From Candidatus Anstonellales archaeon (GTDB taxonomy: Archaea; Micrarchaeota; Micrarchaeia; Anstonellales; J096): 64,000 nt of DNA. The position numbers and the translations under genes are program-made. The notes below the pieces were generated by a model. The model searched no databases, was not told the origin of the DNA, and saw only the letters and a program-made list of their open reading frames with translations. Location: positions 355,111 to 419,110 of the forward strand of contig JAWACY010000001.1 of assembly GCA_038896535.1 (NCBI GenBank), written 5' to 3'. Shown here piece after piece: positions 8,628 through 22,686 of this stretch; position 1 is the stretch's first letter, and the number at the start of each line of letters is the position of its first letter.

Positions 8628-11036
8628 ATGGCTATTGAAACGCAAGAAAATGAAAGAAATGGAGATAAATCAATGGGCAATTATAATAGAGAAATAGAAT
8701 TAAAATGGCTTGAAGTTTGGGAAAAAGAACAAATATATAAATTTGAAGAAAATAACGATAATGTTTATGTAATAGATTCCCCACCACCATTTACTTCTGG
8801 CAAATTGCACATGGGCCATATGCTATCATTTACAATGTTTGACATAGCTGCAAGATATAAAAGGATGAAAGGATATAATGTTTTATATGCTCAAGGCTGG
8901 GATACACAAGGTTTTCCTACAGAAGTTAAAGTCGAGGCCAAGTATGGAAAACTTCCAAGGGAGGAATTTATTAAAAGATGTATTGAATGGACAGATGAGC
9001 ACATTGCTTATATGAGATGGCAAGCAAAGAGGTTTGGCTTTTCTGCTGATTGGGATAGGGAATATATAACATATAAACCAGATTACCATAAAAAAATACA
9101 GCTTTCATTGATAATGATGTATAAGAACGGCCTTATATATAGAGAGGAGCATCCTGTATTTTTTTGCACTAATTGCGTATCTGCCATTGCAAAAGCAGAA
9201 ACTGAAGATAAGGAGAGGGAGGCAAAGATTTATGATGTTGTGTTTGAACTTGATGGGAAGCCATTTATAATAGCAACAACAAGGCCAGAGCTTATTCATG
9301 CTGTTGTTGCAATAGCAGTTAATCCAAATGACGAGAGATATAGAAATCTTGAAGGAAAATATGTTATAACACCAATAGGAAAAAAAGTGCCTTTAATATA
9401 TGATAATGATGTTGATATGGATTTTGGCACTGGGGCTGTTATGATAGCAACATTTGGCGATAAGCAGGATGTTATATGGTTTTATAGGCATAAATTGAAT
9501 TATATAAAAGCGATGGATGAAAACGGCTTTATAATAAATTCAGGCGTAATAGATGGCATACACATATCTGAGGCAAAAAAAAGCATGGTGGAGTGGCTCA
9601 AACAAAAAAATCTCATTGTTGGAGAAAGGGCATTAAAACAGGTTGTAAAATTGCATGATAGATGCAAGCAGCCAGTCGAGATATTAATGTCAAAACAATG
9701 GTTTGCTAAATTAATGGATCATAAAAAAGGAATAGAGAAAGTAGCAAGAGAAATAAAATGGTATCCTGATTTTGGCATATATTATTTACTTGATTGGCTT
9801 AATACACTTGAATGGGATTGGGTAATAAGCAGACAGAGATATTGGGGCACGCCTTTGCCATTCTATTATTGTGAATCATGCAATGAAACGCAAGCAGCAG
9901 AGGAGCATGAGTTGCCATTTTATCCAGAAAAAGCAAGCAATAAAACATGTAAAAAATGCAAAGGCAAAATGATTCCAGAGCAAGCAACAGCAGATGTTTG
10001 GATAGACTCAAGCATAACGCCTTTGATAATAGCAGGTTGGCCTGAAAAAGGATGGGAAAAGCTTTATCCAAGTGATTTAAGGCCGCAGGGCATTGAAATA
10101 GTTAGGACATGGGCATTTTACACGGTTTATAGATGCTATATGCTGACTGGAAAGAGGCCTTTTAAAGCAATATTGTTGAATGGCAATGTCTTAGGCCCTG
10201 ATGGAAGGAAGATGAGCAAAAGCCTTGGCAATGTCATAGACCCAATGCAACTTGTTGATCAATACAGCGCAGATGCAGCAAGGCTTTGGGTGGCATTAAG
10301 CGGGAATTTAGAAAAGGACAAGCCATTCAATTACCAGCAAATAAAAAGAGCACATTCTCTTGTTGTGAAATTATGGAATGCAGCAAGATTTATATTAATG
10401 CATGCTGATGCTGAAAATATAAAACATATAATGGAAAAAAACATGAAGCTCGAGCCAATTGATATGGCAATAATTGAAAAACTAAAAATGACGAGCCAAA
10501 AAATAAACAATAGCATGGAGTCATTTGATTATTACAATGCAATAACAGCATTGACTGATTTCTTCTGGCTGGATTTTTGCGATACTTATATAGAGATAGT
10601 GAAAAAAAGGCTGAAGGAAAATAAGAATAAAGAAGAAGCTTTATACACATTGTCTTATGTTTTTCAAAATATAATAAAATTATACGCCCCATTTGCACCT
10701 TTTATTACTGAAGAGCTTTATAGAAATGCATTTGCCAATGAAGGCAGTATACACAAAAAGCACTACCCATATTTTGATTCATATAATTATGCATATGTGC
10801 ATTATTTCGATATGATGAAGAAGGCTTTATCAATGATAAGGAAAAAAACAAAAGAGATACAAGATAAAGGTAAAATAAATTTAGAAATTCATAAAAACAG
10901 AGAAAAAAATGAAATTTTGATAATACTAAATGGAGAAGAAGAGCATATAAGTGTTGATAATGAAATATTAAATGAAATAGAAAAAAATGGATTAATAGAA
11001 AAAGCAAAGCACGAATTAAATTATCTAATAAAATAA
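8628..11036 (+). CDS. valS: Valine--tRNA ligase, archaeal type
   Basis: IDSPPPFTSGKLHMGH (HIGH), ATTRPE, DWVISRQRYWG, KMSKS; true start may be a downstream Met. Confidence 0.94.
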   Translation: MAIETQENERNGDKSMGNYNREIELKWLEVWEKEQIYKFEENNDNVYVIDSPPPFTSGKLHMGHMLSFTMFDIAARYKRMKGYNVLYAQGWDTQGFPTEVKVEAKYGKLPREEFIKRCIEWTDEHIAYMRWQAKRFGFSADWDREYITYKPDYHKKIQLSLIMMYKNGLIYREEHPVFFCTNCVSAIAKAETEDKEREAKIYDVVFELDGKPFIIATTRPELIHAVVAIAVNPNDERYRNLEGKYVITPIGKKVPLIYDNDVDMDFGTGAVMIATFGDKQDVIWFYRHKLNYIKAMDENGFIINSGVIDGIHISEAKKSMVEWLKQKNLIVGERALKQVVKLHDRCKQPVEILMSKQWFAKLMDHKKGIEKVAREIKWYPDFGIYYLLDWLNTLEWDWVISRQRYWGTPLPFYYCESCNETQAAEEHELPFYPEKASNKTCKKCKGKMIPEQATADVWIDSSITPLIIAGWPEKGWEKLYPSDLRPQGIEIVRTWAFYTVYRCYMLTGKRPFKAILLNGNVLGPDGRKMSKSLGNVIDPMQLVDQYSADAARLWVALSGNLEKDKPFNYQQIKRAHSLVVKLWNAARFILMHADAENIKHIMEKNMKLEPIDMAIIEKLKMTSQKINNSMESFDYYNAITALTDFFWLDFCDTYIEIVKKRLKENKNKEEALYTLSYVFQNIIKLYAPFAPFITEELYRNAFANEGSIHKKHYPYFDSYNYAYVHYFDMMKKALSMIRKKTKEIQDKGKINLEIHKNREKNEILIILNGEEEHISVDNEILNEIEKNGLIEKAKHELNYLIK

Positions 11037-11062
11037 AAATCTACTAAAATAAAAATGTAAAA

Positions 11063-11497
11063 TTACCTGCTAAAATAGAATTCTACCAATGTAACATTTT
11101 CAGTATCATTTGTAATAAAAAGCCTCTCTATTTTTGCTTGTCTTATGCCAATAATGCATTCTCCACTATCTGTTTTCCCATAAGATTGCTTGCCTATCTT
11201 TACGCATAAATTACCAGTAATGCTGAAATCATTAATGTAGCTTTCTACACTTTTTTTTATGTCTCTATCATTTTTTAGTATTGGAGTGTTGTTCACCAAT
11301 ATGCTGTAATTTTCATTTTCACTCGTTAATACAAGCATGTGTTTTATTGCTTCCCTTCTTATGCTTTCTATATTTGATGGGTCTTGTTCAATTGAATACT
11401 GCCAGTAAAGTAAAAGAGCACCAAAAGCAAGTATTGCTATAACGCCAGCAATAAGGACATCAAAAGAAAAATACTGGCCCTTTTTCATATTTTTCAT
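11063..11497 (-). CDS. Pilin-like protein with class III signal peptide
   Basis: KKG|QYFSFDVLIA followed by hydrophobic helix. Confidence 0.8.
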   Translation of the reverse strand: MKNMKKGQYFSFDVLIAGVIAILAFGALLLYWQYSIEQDPSNIESIRREAIKHMLVLTSENENYSILVNNTPILKNDRDIKKSVESYINDFSITGNLCVKIGKQSYGKTDSGECIIGIRQAKIERLFITNDTENVTLVEFYFSR

Positions 11498-11501
11498 GTT
11501 A

Positions 11502-11990
11502 TCATTCCCTTAATTCAATCTCATTCATTTTAGTTGTTAAATTATAAAAAACAGAAACATTGAATGATGTTGCATTAATAATGAATACATTAGTATTTCT
11601 ACACACATTAATATCACATATGCTACATACATTGCTTTCGCATCTTACAGGAAATTTCAATTCATTTGCTGTACTTATGTTGTAATCCTCTATTTCTAAT
11701 ATCAGTGTTGCATTTTTATCTTTATTTATTAAATATAATTTGTATTCTTTTGTCCCTATCCTTTTTGGCAATGTTATCGAATAAGTAAAGCCATCCCCGA
11801 CAGAATAAGCAGAATTTAATACAAGCACAAACCTCTGCATTATCTCACTTGCTGCATTGTAATAAGAGCTTTTTATTTGTGCATTTCCATATGTATAAAT
11901 AAGGTTATAGATAAAGAAAAATGCAATCAGGAAAATGCCCGAGAAAACGAGCATTTCAATAGCTATCTGCCCCTTCATTTGTTCCACCAA
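11502..11990 (-). CDS. Pilin-like protein with class III signal peptide
   Basis: MKG|QIAIEMLVF with +5 Glu and hydrophobic helix. Confidence 0.85.
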   Translation of the reverse strand: MVEQMKGQIAIEMLVFSGIFLIAFFFIYNLIYTYGNAQIKSSYYNAASEIMQRFVLVLNSAYSVGDGFTYSITLPKRIGTKEYKLYLINKDKNATLILEIEDYNISTANELKFPVRCESNVCSICDINVCRNTNVFIINATSFNVSVFYNLTTKMNEIELRE

Positions 11991-11993
11991 TAA

Positions 11994-12434
11994 TCAACCA
12001 CCTATAGTTATATTTACATTACCATTATTAATAGAGCATGTAACATTTATATTAATAAACCCACTTTTTCTTTCTATAGTCCCGCCAACAATTTCTGCCT
12101 GTACATTTAACTTTCTTATATAGCTATTTGTTCCGCTAAGTTTAATATATAAATTTTTATTTTGATCGTTGAATATTGTAAAGTTAACTTCTCTTGGAAA
12201 AAAAACCTGCACTATTTTATTTGATGGGCATGATGAGAAAGCCTCTTCTATACCAGTTTTTATCTTAAATAAAGCCAGGTTTTCTTGCTCATTCATTATC
12301 TGCTCTTGTTTAATCCTATCTTGTGATAAGAGTAAGAGTGTTAAAGGTATGAATATAACAAGAAAAAGTACTAAAACAGTCAAGAATTCTACGCTGAACT
12401 GGGCTTTTTTTATTTTAGCAACCATTTTTAGCAT
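11994..12434 (-). CDS. Pilin-like protein with class III signal peptide
   Basis: KKA|QFSVEFLTV with +5 Glu and hydrophobic helix. Confidence 0.85.
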   Translation of the reverse strand: MLKMVAKIKKAQFSVEFLTVLVLFLVIFIPLTLLLLSQDRIKQEQIMNEQENLALFKIKTGIEEAFSSCPSNKIVQVFFPREVNFTIFNDQNKNLYIKLSGTNSYIRKLNVQAEIVGGTIERKSGFININVTCSINNGNVNITIGG

Positions 12435-14076
12435 CTTCCCATTTGCAAGATATGTTTTCCAACCCTAATGTTTGTGCCAAATCCTTGCTTATAGCAAATC
12501 TTCCTATACTTAAATCAGATCTTTTACACATGCTAGCAGTTTTACATCCTGGAAAACCTTTAATGACTAAAATATCATTAGGAGTAAAGCTCTTGTTATA
12601 CTCATAATCTGCCCTGCTAATTGGTATTAAATCATTCCCTGCTCTTTTTGTAAATTCCTTTGTTATTATGAATGAAAATATTCCTTTCTCACTGTCTTTT
12701 TGCTCATATCCATTTACAAGCATTCTTTGGAAGAAATTTGGTGGAGCAAGATCATGCTGGCCAGCCCATTTTACATAATAGCCATTTATTACTATATCTC
12801 TTGCTAATTCTATATCATATACACTTATATTTTTAAGGTCATATTTTCTATTTCCAAGTTCATCGTCATTGGCATCGCTGGCATTTACATTTGTTAATAT
12901 CAAGTAATAGTTCCCATCTTTCATATTTGTTATCATTTCATTGTATAAGCTTTCATTTAACAACAAAAACATCTCATCAACTTTTTTGTTTTTTAATACA
13001 ATTTCACATCTCCTACTGCTGCTTACATAAAAGTCAATTGCATTGAACATTTCTTTTTCATACTCTTTACCATCACAAGGATCACGAGGATTATTGCTGC
13101 TTATTGTTATATTTTTCCCTGTCCCATTTACTATGAATCCTTCTGTGCCGAAATTAGATATTTCATTAAAAGAGCCATAACTAATGATTGGTTGTAATGA
13201 ATCATAATTTGGCTCTTTTCTTAATGAGCCATAAACCCAGCTTTGGCCAATGCCCTCTATTTCTGTTTTGCTTATTTTTATATTTTTCTTTTGATAAATT
13301 AAATTTATTGACGGGAATGTTTCTATATTATCCTTAAATACAACGCCCCTTGATATGTTATTGTAGCCATTGCTCTTTAATATGCCATTAACAAGTGCAT
13401 CAGGCATGCCATCTATTGTTATATTTGTATATATATTAAATGACCCCTTTAAATAAGATTGCTTTGCTTTATCTCTTATTGTAATATTGTATGTAGTATT
13501 AATTTCAACTGTCCCGTAATTCTTTAATAAAATTGTTGTTTTGCCTTTTGCATCTCCCTGCTTTGATGCTGATATGCTATAATTTAAATCAGAAACATTG
13601 AATTCTGCTATTTCAAGACCGACATTTTTCATGCTGTCATTTAAATCTTTTATCAAGCCAGTCAAATTAAATGTTGAATTCAGCCCTATAGAGTCATTAA
13701 AGTATGAGCTATTTGCACTGCCATAAATCATAAGCTCATACAATGCCTTTACTACATTAGTTGTGTTTTCTCCATTTTCATTATCTGGATTTATTTTATG
13801 CTCTGCTGTATGATTAGCTAGCTTATATAAATTATCATATAACAAATCTTGTGTTAATTTCTCAAGCGCATCTTTATTTAATGGGAGAAACTTTGCCTTA
13901 TAGCTCTCTAACTTTATAGATTCAGAATAGCTGAGCCTTGTTTGTTCTATTTCAGCCATTTTTATTGCTAGTAATGAAGATATGATGATTAATGCAATAA
14001 TTGCAGCAAGAGAAAGGAAAAATCCCCTGTAATTTTTATAATTTTTATTAAACATACGAACCACATATTCACGCAT
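12415..14076 (-). CDS. Large pilin-like or adhesin-like surface protein
   Basis: YRG|FFLSLAAIIALIII N-terminus; about 19 N-x-S/T sequons; paired Cys in the C-terminal half. Confidence 0.75.
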   Translation of the reverse strand: MREYVVRMFNKNYKNYRGFFLSLAAIIALIIISSLLAIKMAEIEQTRLSYSESIKLESYKAKFLPLNKDALEKLTQDLLYDNLYKLANHTAEHKINPDNENGENTTNVVKALYELMIYGSANSSYFNDSIGLNSTFNLTGLIKDLNDSMKNVGLEIAEFNVSDLNYSISASKQGDAKGKTTILLKNYGTVEINTTYNITIRDKAKQSYLKGSFNIYTNITIDGMPDALVNGILKSNGYNNISRGVVFKDNIETFPSINLIYQKKNIKISKTEIEGIGQSWVYGSLRKEPNYDSLQPIISYGSFNEISNFGTEGFIVNGTGKNITISSNNPRDPCDGKEYEKEMFNAIDFYVSSSRRCEIVLKNKKVDEMFLLLNESLYNEMITNMKDGNYYLILTNVNASDANDDELGNRKYDLKNISVYDIELARDIVINGYYVKWAGQHDLAPPNFFQRMLVNGYEQKDSEKGIFSFIITKEFTKRAGNDLIPISRADYEYNKSFTPNDILVIKGFPGCKTASMCKRSDLSIGRFAISKDLAQTLGLENISCKWEDAKNGC

Positions 14077-14128
14077 TATATTTATAAATTTCTATAAATT
14101 TCTACGCCCTATCTTCTACACCAGTTTT

Positions 14129-14620
14129 CTACACCCCTATTTCTATTGTTGTATAATTTAATACGACCCTGCCTATATTTGCAGTTGTGTTCTTCTGGCT
14201 GCAAAATGGGTCTGGTTTGTATAAATAATCTTCTTTCACATAATTTATAATCAAATAGTTATCTTTTACAAGCCCGATATCTGCATTTTTCTTTTTTTCT
14301 GCTTCTTCAACTCCGCCTTCAGCAGTCAAGCAGGTCATTTTGAAATTGTATTTTTTTGGTATAGCATTATTTATAGTATCACAGTTTATTGATGATAATT
14401 TATTTGTTATTGTATATGCATTTATATTATAAGCATCAAGCGATAAGATCTTTAATTGATATATTACTGGCTCATTCAATGCCGTGAAGCCAGAAAATGA
14501 AATAAGCGTTGATATAATGAATGTTATTATGATAAGTGCTATGAATGCATCTAATGAATAGATAAATGCCTTAAAATGCCAGTTTTTAATTTTCTTATTG
14601 CTATTATTTTTGTTTTCCAT
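14129..14620 (-). CDS. Pilin-like protein with class III signal peptide
   Basis: FKA|FIYSLDAFIALIII motif; first gene of a five-gene co-directional cluster. Confidence 0.75.
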   Translation of the reverse strand: MENKNNSNKKIKNWHFKAFIYSLDAFIALIIITFIISTLISFSGFTALNEPVIYQLKILSLDAYNINAYTITNKLSSINCDTINNAIPKKYNFKMTCLTAEGGVEEAEKKKNADIGLVKDNYLIINYVKEDYLYKPDPFCSQKNTTANIGRVVLNYTTIEIGV

Positions 14621-14807
14621 AACATAAAAAATACAGCATAAAACATTTAAAAAGCATGTGCAAACTTTATGAAAGCTTTATGAAAGCTTGAAATGTTATC
14701 AAAATTTACTAAAACTGATAATAAGAAAAAATTAGATAGATTTTTAAATATTTCCCTATAATAAAAAATAACGCTTTGCTGCATGCTGCCTTGTGCGGGT
14801 GGTGTTA

Positions 14808-15059
14808 TTGGTAAAACAAAAAAGAGCAAGAGAAGGAACAGAAATATTAAACTATTTTTTGAATCCTAAAGTTGAAGTGTTAGATGAAAAAGAAAAAGAG
14901 GCAGTGTTAAAGAAATTTAATATAACAGAAGATAAGCTGCCAAAAATAAGAAAAACAGACCCATTGGCAAGGGCCCTTGATTTAAAAGAAGGTCAAGTGA
15001 TAAAGATAATAAGAGATGATGGAACAGGAGAATATGTATATTATAGAATATGTGTTTAA
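14808..15059 (+). CDS. rpoH: DNA-directed RNA polymerase subunit Rpo5 (RpoH)
   Basis: LPKIRKTDP, GQVIKIIR, YVYYR motifs; probable TTG start at 14808 after GGTGGTG; upstream of rpoB. Confidence 0.92.
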   Translation: MVKQKRAREGTEILNYFLNPKVEVLDEKEKEAVLKKFNITEDKLPKIRKTDPLARALDLKEGQVIKIIRDDGTGEYVYYRICV

Positions 15060-15522
15060 GCATATTTATAGGCATATGCATTTAAGCACATTCATTGCAT
15101 GTTTGCATGCATTTCATGTTTGGATGCATTTTAAGCATGCAGCATAAAGCTTTGTAAATAAGTGCCGATATGGTGTATAAAGTATGGCCTGGCCGTATGG
15201 CCGTATGGAGCATTTATGAAAAAGAGGTTGGATGCATGAATGAATATGATATTATTGATGGAATTGATGGAATATTAGAACATGGAATTGATGGAATATT
15301 AGAACGGGATTGGGAAAATGGAATTGCTTTTGCCTTAAATGGCAGTGTATGGCATGGTGTATGGCATATTGATAAATGGCTATATGCTCTTATGCATTAT
15401 AATCATATTATGCATTATAATATTTCTGCCCGCAATATTTTTTATGCCCATAATAAATATGATGGGTATGGTTGGTATGATGGGCTTATATTGGGATTAT
15501 TTATGGGGGCGATTATTTCTTA
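15060..15522. repeat. Low-complexity insert built from short tandem duplications; contains questionable ORF 15170-15523
   Basis: ATGGAATTGATGGAATATTAGAAC twice, GGCCGTAT twice, GTATGGCAT twice, TTATGCATTATAAT twice, many GCAT/ATGC units. Confidence 0.7.
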
Positions 15523-18500
15523 ATGGGTGAAAATATGAAAGATGAATTAATTGAAGCATATTTTAAAGAAAACTCTCTTGTAAAGCAGCAGATTGATTCA
15601 TTTAATAGGTTTTTAACACAGGGATTGCAATCTATAATTGATGATGTTGGAATAATAAAAACAAACGTTGAAGGATTTGAAATTAAGCTTGGTAAAATAA
15701 GGGTTGAACCGCCAAGGTTTTATGAGATAAAAGGCGGGTATAGGCAAATACTTCCAGCAGAGGCAAGATTAAGGAATTTAACATATGCAAGTCCATTATT
15801 TTTAGAGATGATACCAGTGCATAATGGTGTAGAGCGTTCATCTCCTATAGAAGTTTTTATAGGAGAACTGCCAATAATGCTAAAATCTAAAGTTTGCTAT
15901 CTATCACAGATGACAAAAAATGAACTCATAGAAGCAGGGGAAGACCCTCTTGATCCTGGAGGGTATTTTATCATAAATGGAACAGAGAGAGTACTTGTCA
16001 GCTTAGAAGATTTAGTATTGAATAAAATACTGGTAACAAAAGAAAAAGAGGGCGAAGTTGTTGCAAAAATATTTTCAACAAGAAAAGGTTTTAGAGCAAA
16101 ATGCAGTATAAAAAGAACAAAGTCAGGGCATTGGGTGCTTGATTTCCCATCAGCTCCTACAAAAGGAGTTAGTTTGATGCCAATACTTTATGTCTTAGGG
16201 TTTGAAAAAAATGTAGAAAGCCTTTTTGACATGTCAATGATTGAAGTTGCAAACGATGTTGCATTTAATAAACATTATGATGCGATAGATGAGCCATATA
16301 AAGAATGGCTTTCAAAAAAATTGTCTCCAGGCCAGCCAAAGGAATACAGAGACCAAAGGATGTGGCACTTGCTTGATGAGTATTTACTCCCGCATTTAGG
16401 CAATACAATAAATGACAGAAAGAAAAAGGCATTTTACCTTGCAAAAATGGCTCAAAGGACAACTCTTGTTGCTCACAAAAAGCTTATTGCAGATGACAGA
16501 GACCATTATGGGAATAAGAGAGTCAAGCTTTCTGGAGAGCTTATGGAAGAACTTTTCAGGCATGCATTTAATTTCTTGACAAGAGATATTGTATATCAAG
16601 CAAGCAGGGTTGATGTAAGAGGAAGAAAACTGCAAGTCCATACATTGGTAAGGCAGGATGCATTAACTGACAGAATTTTATATGCAATGGCAACAGGCAA
16701 TTGGATTGCTGGCCAAACAGGAGTTAGTCAATTACTTGACAGGGTAAGCTGGTCAGCAACAATAAGCCATAGGAAAAGGCTTATATCGCCATTGAGCAAA
16801 AGACATCCTCATTTCCTGGCAAGAGATTTACATGGAACTCATTATGGCAGGATATGCCCTGCAGAAAGCCCTGAAGGCATAAGCATATCACTTGTAAAAA
16901 ACTTTGGCCTTATTGCAGAGGTAACAACTGGAGTGGAAGAGAAGCCAATTATTGATATATTAAAGAATTTTGGCATTTTAAATGAAGTTCAAAATCCTAG
17001 TAAATATGCTCATATTTATGTTAATGGCGATTTCATAGGATTTTATCAAGATGGTAATGCATTAGCCCAGAGATTGAGAGAAAAGAGAAGAAATAATGAG
17101 ATAGATAGTCAAGTGAATATTTATTATAGAGAAAAGACAAACGAACTTTTTATAAATACTGATAGAGGAAGAGTGAGAAGGCCTTATATAGTAGTAAAAG
17201 AAGGGAAGCCATTAATAACGCAGGATATTCTAAAAAGATTAGTTCAAGGCCAGCTTAGTTGGAGCCATTTAGTTAGAATAGGCGCTATTGAATATTTAGA
17301 TGCTGATGAGGAAGAGAATGCATTTATAGCATTTGATGAGAGTAAGATAACAAAAGAGACAACACATCTTGAAATTGATCCAGTAACAATAATGGGTTTT
17401 GTTGGTTCATTAGTGCCATTTTCAAATTACAACTCAAGCCCAAGGCTTACTATGGCTTGTGCCATGCAAAAACAAAGCCTTGGGTTGTATGCTTCAAACT
17501 TTAATCAGAGATTTGATACAAAAGCATATGTCATGTATTACCCCCAACAACCAATTGCTCAAACTGCAATATATAAAACATTGAATTTGAAGAGAAGAGC
17601 AGCAGGCCAGAATTTTGTTGTTGCATTAACTAGTTATAGGGGCTGGAATATAAGCGATGCTCTCGTAATAAATAAAGGGGCAATAGACAGAGGCTTGGGA
17701 AGGGCTATGATGCTCAGGACTTATGAAACAGAAGAAACTACATACCCCTCAGGACAAAAAGATTATATTGAAGTGCCATCTCCAAAGGTTGAGGGCTACA
17801 GGGGGGAAGAAGCTTATAGACATTTGGATGTTGATGGAATTGTTTTCCCTGAAAGCATTGTTGATGAAAAAGATGTTATTGTTGGAAAGGTATCACCCCC
17901 AAGGTTTTTGGAAGAGGTCTCAATATTCGGTCTTGTTGAGGAAAAAAGAAGAGAAAATTCCCTTGTTGTTAAAGCAGGAGAAGGCGGGAAGGTCGATAGC
18001 GTATTGATCGCAGAAGGGCCTTCAGGAAATAAAATAGCAAAAGTAAGGCTTAGAATTGAAAAAGTGCCTGAGATAGGAGATAAGTTTGCTTCAAGGCATG
18101 GACAGAAAGGCGTTATTGGCCTTGTTGTAAATCATGAAGATATGCCATTTACTGAATCTGGCGTAGTGCCTGATTTAATAGTTAATACTCATGCGATCCC
18201 TGGCAGAATGACAGCAGGGCATTTGCTAGAAATGCTTGGATGCAAAGCAGCATGTTTGAAAGGCGAGCTTCTTGATGCAACGCCATTTAGAAATACAAAT
18301 GTGCAGGAAATAGAAAATATTTTAAAAGAGCATGGATTTGAAGAAAGGGGAGAAGAGTGGCTCTATGATGGAATAACAGGAGAAAAAATGAAAGTAAAAA
18401 TCTTTGTTGGCGTTATATATTATCAAAGGCTTCATCATCTTGTTAGCAATAAGATGCATGCAAGAAGCAGAGGGCCAGTCCAATTACTAACATTGCAACC

Positions 18501-18828
18501 AACAGAAGGAAGGACTAGAGAAGGCGGCCTTAGATTTGGCGAGATGGAAAGAGACACATTAATAGGGCATGGAGCAGCAATGTTATTGAGAGAGAGGTTA
18601 CTTGAAGAGAGTGATAAATCGATACAGCTCGTATGCAAAGAATGCGGAGCCCTAGCATATGTTGACCATGTTAAAAAGCAAAACACATGCCAGCTTTGTA
18701 ATAGTTCTAATGTTAAAGAAGTTGAAATAAGCTATGCATTCAAACTTTTGCTTGAAGAAATAGAGGCATTGAACATATTCCCTAGGCTTATTATAGATAA
18801 AAAAGTTGAAATATTAGGAGGCGATTAA
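15523..18828 (+). CDS. rpoB: DNA-directed RNA polymerase subunit Rpo2 (undivided RpoB)
   Basis: DPGGYFIINGTER, GDKFASRHGQKG, YQRLHHLV, GGLRFGEMERD, C-terminal Zn ribbon; 1101 aa. Confidence 0.98.
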   Translation: MGENMKDELIEAYFKENSLVKQQIDSFNRFLTQGLQSIIDDVGIIKTNVEGFEIKLGKIRVEPPRFYEIKGGYRQILPAEARLRNLTYASPLFLEMIPVHNGVERSSPIEVFIGELPIMLKSKVCYLSQMTKNELIEAGEDPLDPGGYFIINGTERVLVSLEDLVLNKILVTKEKEGEVVAKIFSTRKGFRAKCSIKRTKSGHWVLDFPSAPTKGVSLMPILYVLGFEKNVESLFDMSMIEVANDVAFNKHYDAIDEPYKEWLSKKLSPGQPKEYRDQRMWHLLDEYLLPHLGNTINDRKKKAFYLAKMAQRTTLVAHKKLIADDRDHYGNKRVKLSGELMEELFRHAFNFLTRDIVYQASRVDVRGRKLQVHTLVRQDALTDRILYAMATGNWIAGQTGVSQLLDRVSWSATISHRKRLISPLSKRHPHFLARDLHGTHYGRICPAESPEGISISLVKNFGLIAEVTTGVEEKPIIDILKNFGILNEVQNPSKYAHIYVNGDFIGFYQDGNALAQRLREKRRNNEIDSQVNIYYREKTNELFINTDRGRVRRPYIVVKEGKPLITQDILKRLVQGQLSWSHLVRIGAIEYLDADEEENAFIAFDESKITKETTHLEIDPVTIMGFVGSLVPFSNYNSSPRLTMACAMQKQSLGLYASNFNQRFDTKAYVMYYPQQPIAQTAIYKTLNLKRRAAGQNFVVALTSYRGWNISDALVINKGAIDRGLGRAMMLRTYETEETTYPSGQKDYIEVPSPKVEGYRGEEAYRHLDVDGIVFPESIVDEKDVIVGKVSPPRFLEEVSIFGLVEEKRRENSLVVKAGEGGKVDSVLIAEGPSGNKIAKVRLRIEKVPEIGDKFASRHGQKGVIGLVVNHEDMPFTESGVVPDLIVNTHAIPGRMTAGHLLEMLGCKAACLKGELLDATPFRNTNVQEIENILKEHGFEERGEEWLYDGITGEKMKVKIFVGVIYYQRLHHLVSNKMHARSRGPVQLLTLQPTEGRTREGGLRFGEMERDTLIGHGAAMLLRERLLEESDKSIQLVCKECGALAYVDHVKKQNTCQLCNSSNVKEVEISYAFKLLLEEIEALNIFPRLIIDKKVEILGGD

Positions 18829-22325
<3,497 letters not shown>

Positions 22326-22327
22326 AC

Positions 22328-22675
22328 ATGGCAGAAAAAGAAAGTAAAGAAGTAAAAAGAGCAGTCAGAAAAAGAGAAAAAAAGGAAAAAATAGGTGATA
22401 TAGAGAAAAAAATATCTGTTTTGGTCGAAACAGGAAAAATATTGGTTGGAACAAGAAAGTCAATAAAAGCATTGTTAACAGGCAATCCAAAACTTGTTAT
22501 ATACGCCTCTAATATAGATGAGCAAAAAAAGGATGAAATAAAAAAACTTGGAGAGAAAGCGAGCGTAAAAACAATTGAGTTCAATGGCAGTTCAATACAG
22601 CTTGGAAAATTATGCGGGAAAATATTTCCAGTAAGCGTTTTGGTTGCACTTGATTTGGGAGAAGCTGAATTTTAG
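22328..22675 (+). CDS. rpl30e: Ribosomal protein eL30 (L30e)
   Basis: TGKILVGTRKSIK, LGKLCGKIFPVSVL; canonical position after rpoA2. Confidence 0.9.
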   Translation: MAEKESKEVKRAVRKREKKEKIGDIEKKISVLVETGKILVGTRKSIKALLTGNPKLVIYASNIDEQKKDEIKKLGEKASVKTIEFNGSSIQLGKLCGKIFPVSVLVALDLGEAEF

Positions 22676-22686
22676 CAAGTGAAAAA

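Noticed and set aside
15339..15530. 63-aa hydrophobic ORF in the rpoH-rpoB insert
   Set aside because: Hydrophobicity follows from the ATT/ATG-rich stutter sequence; it overlaps the rpoB start out of frame
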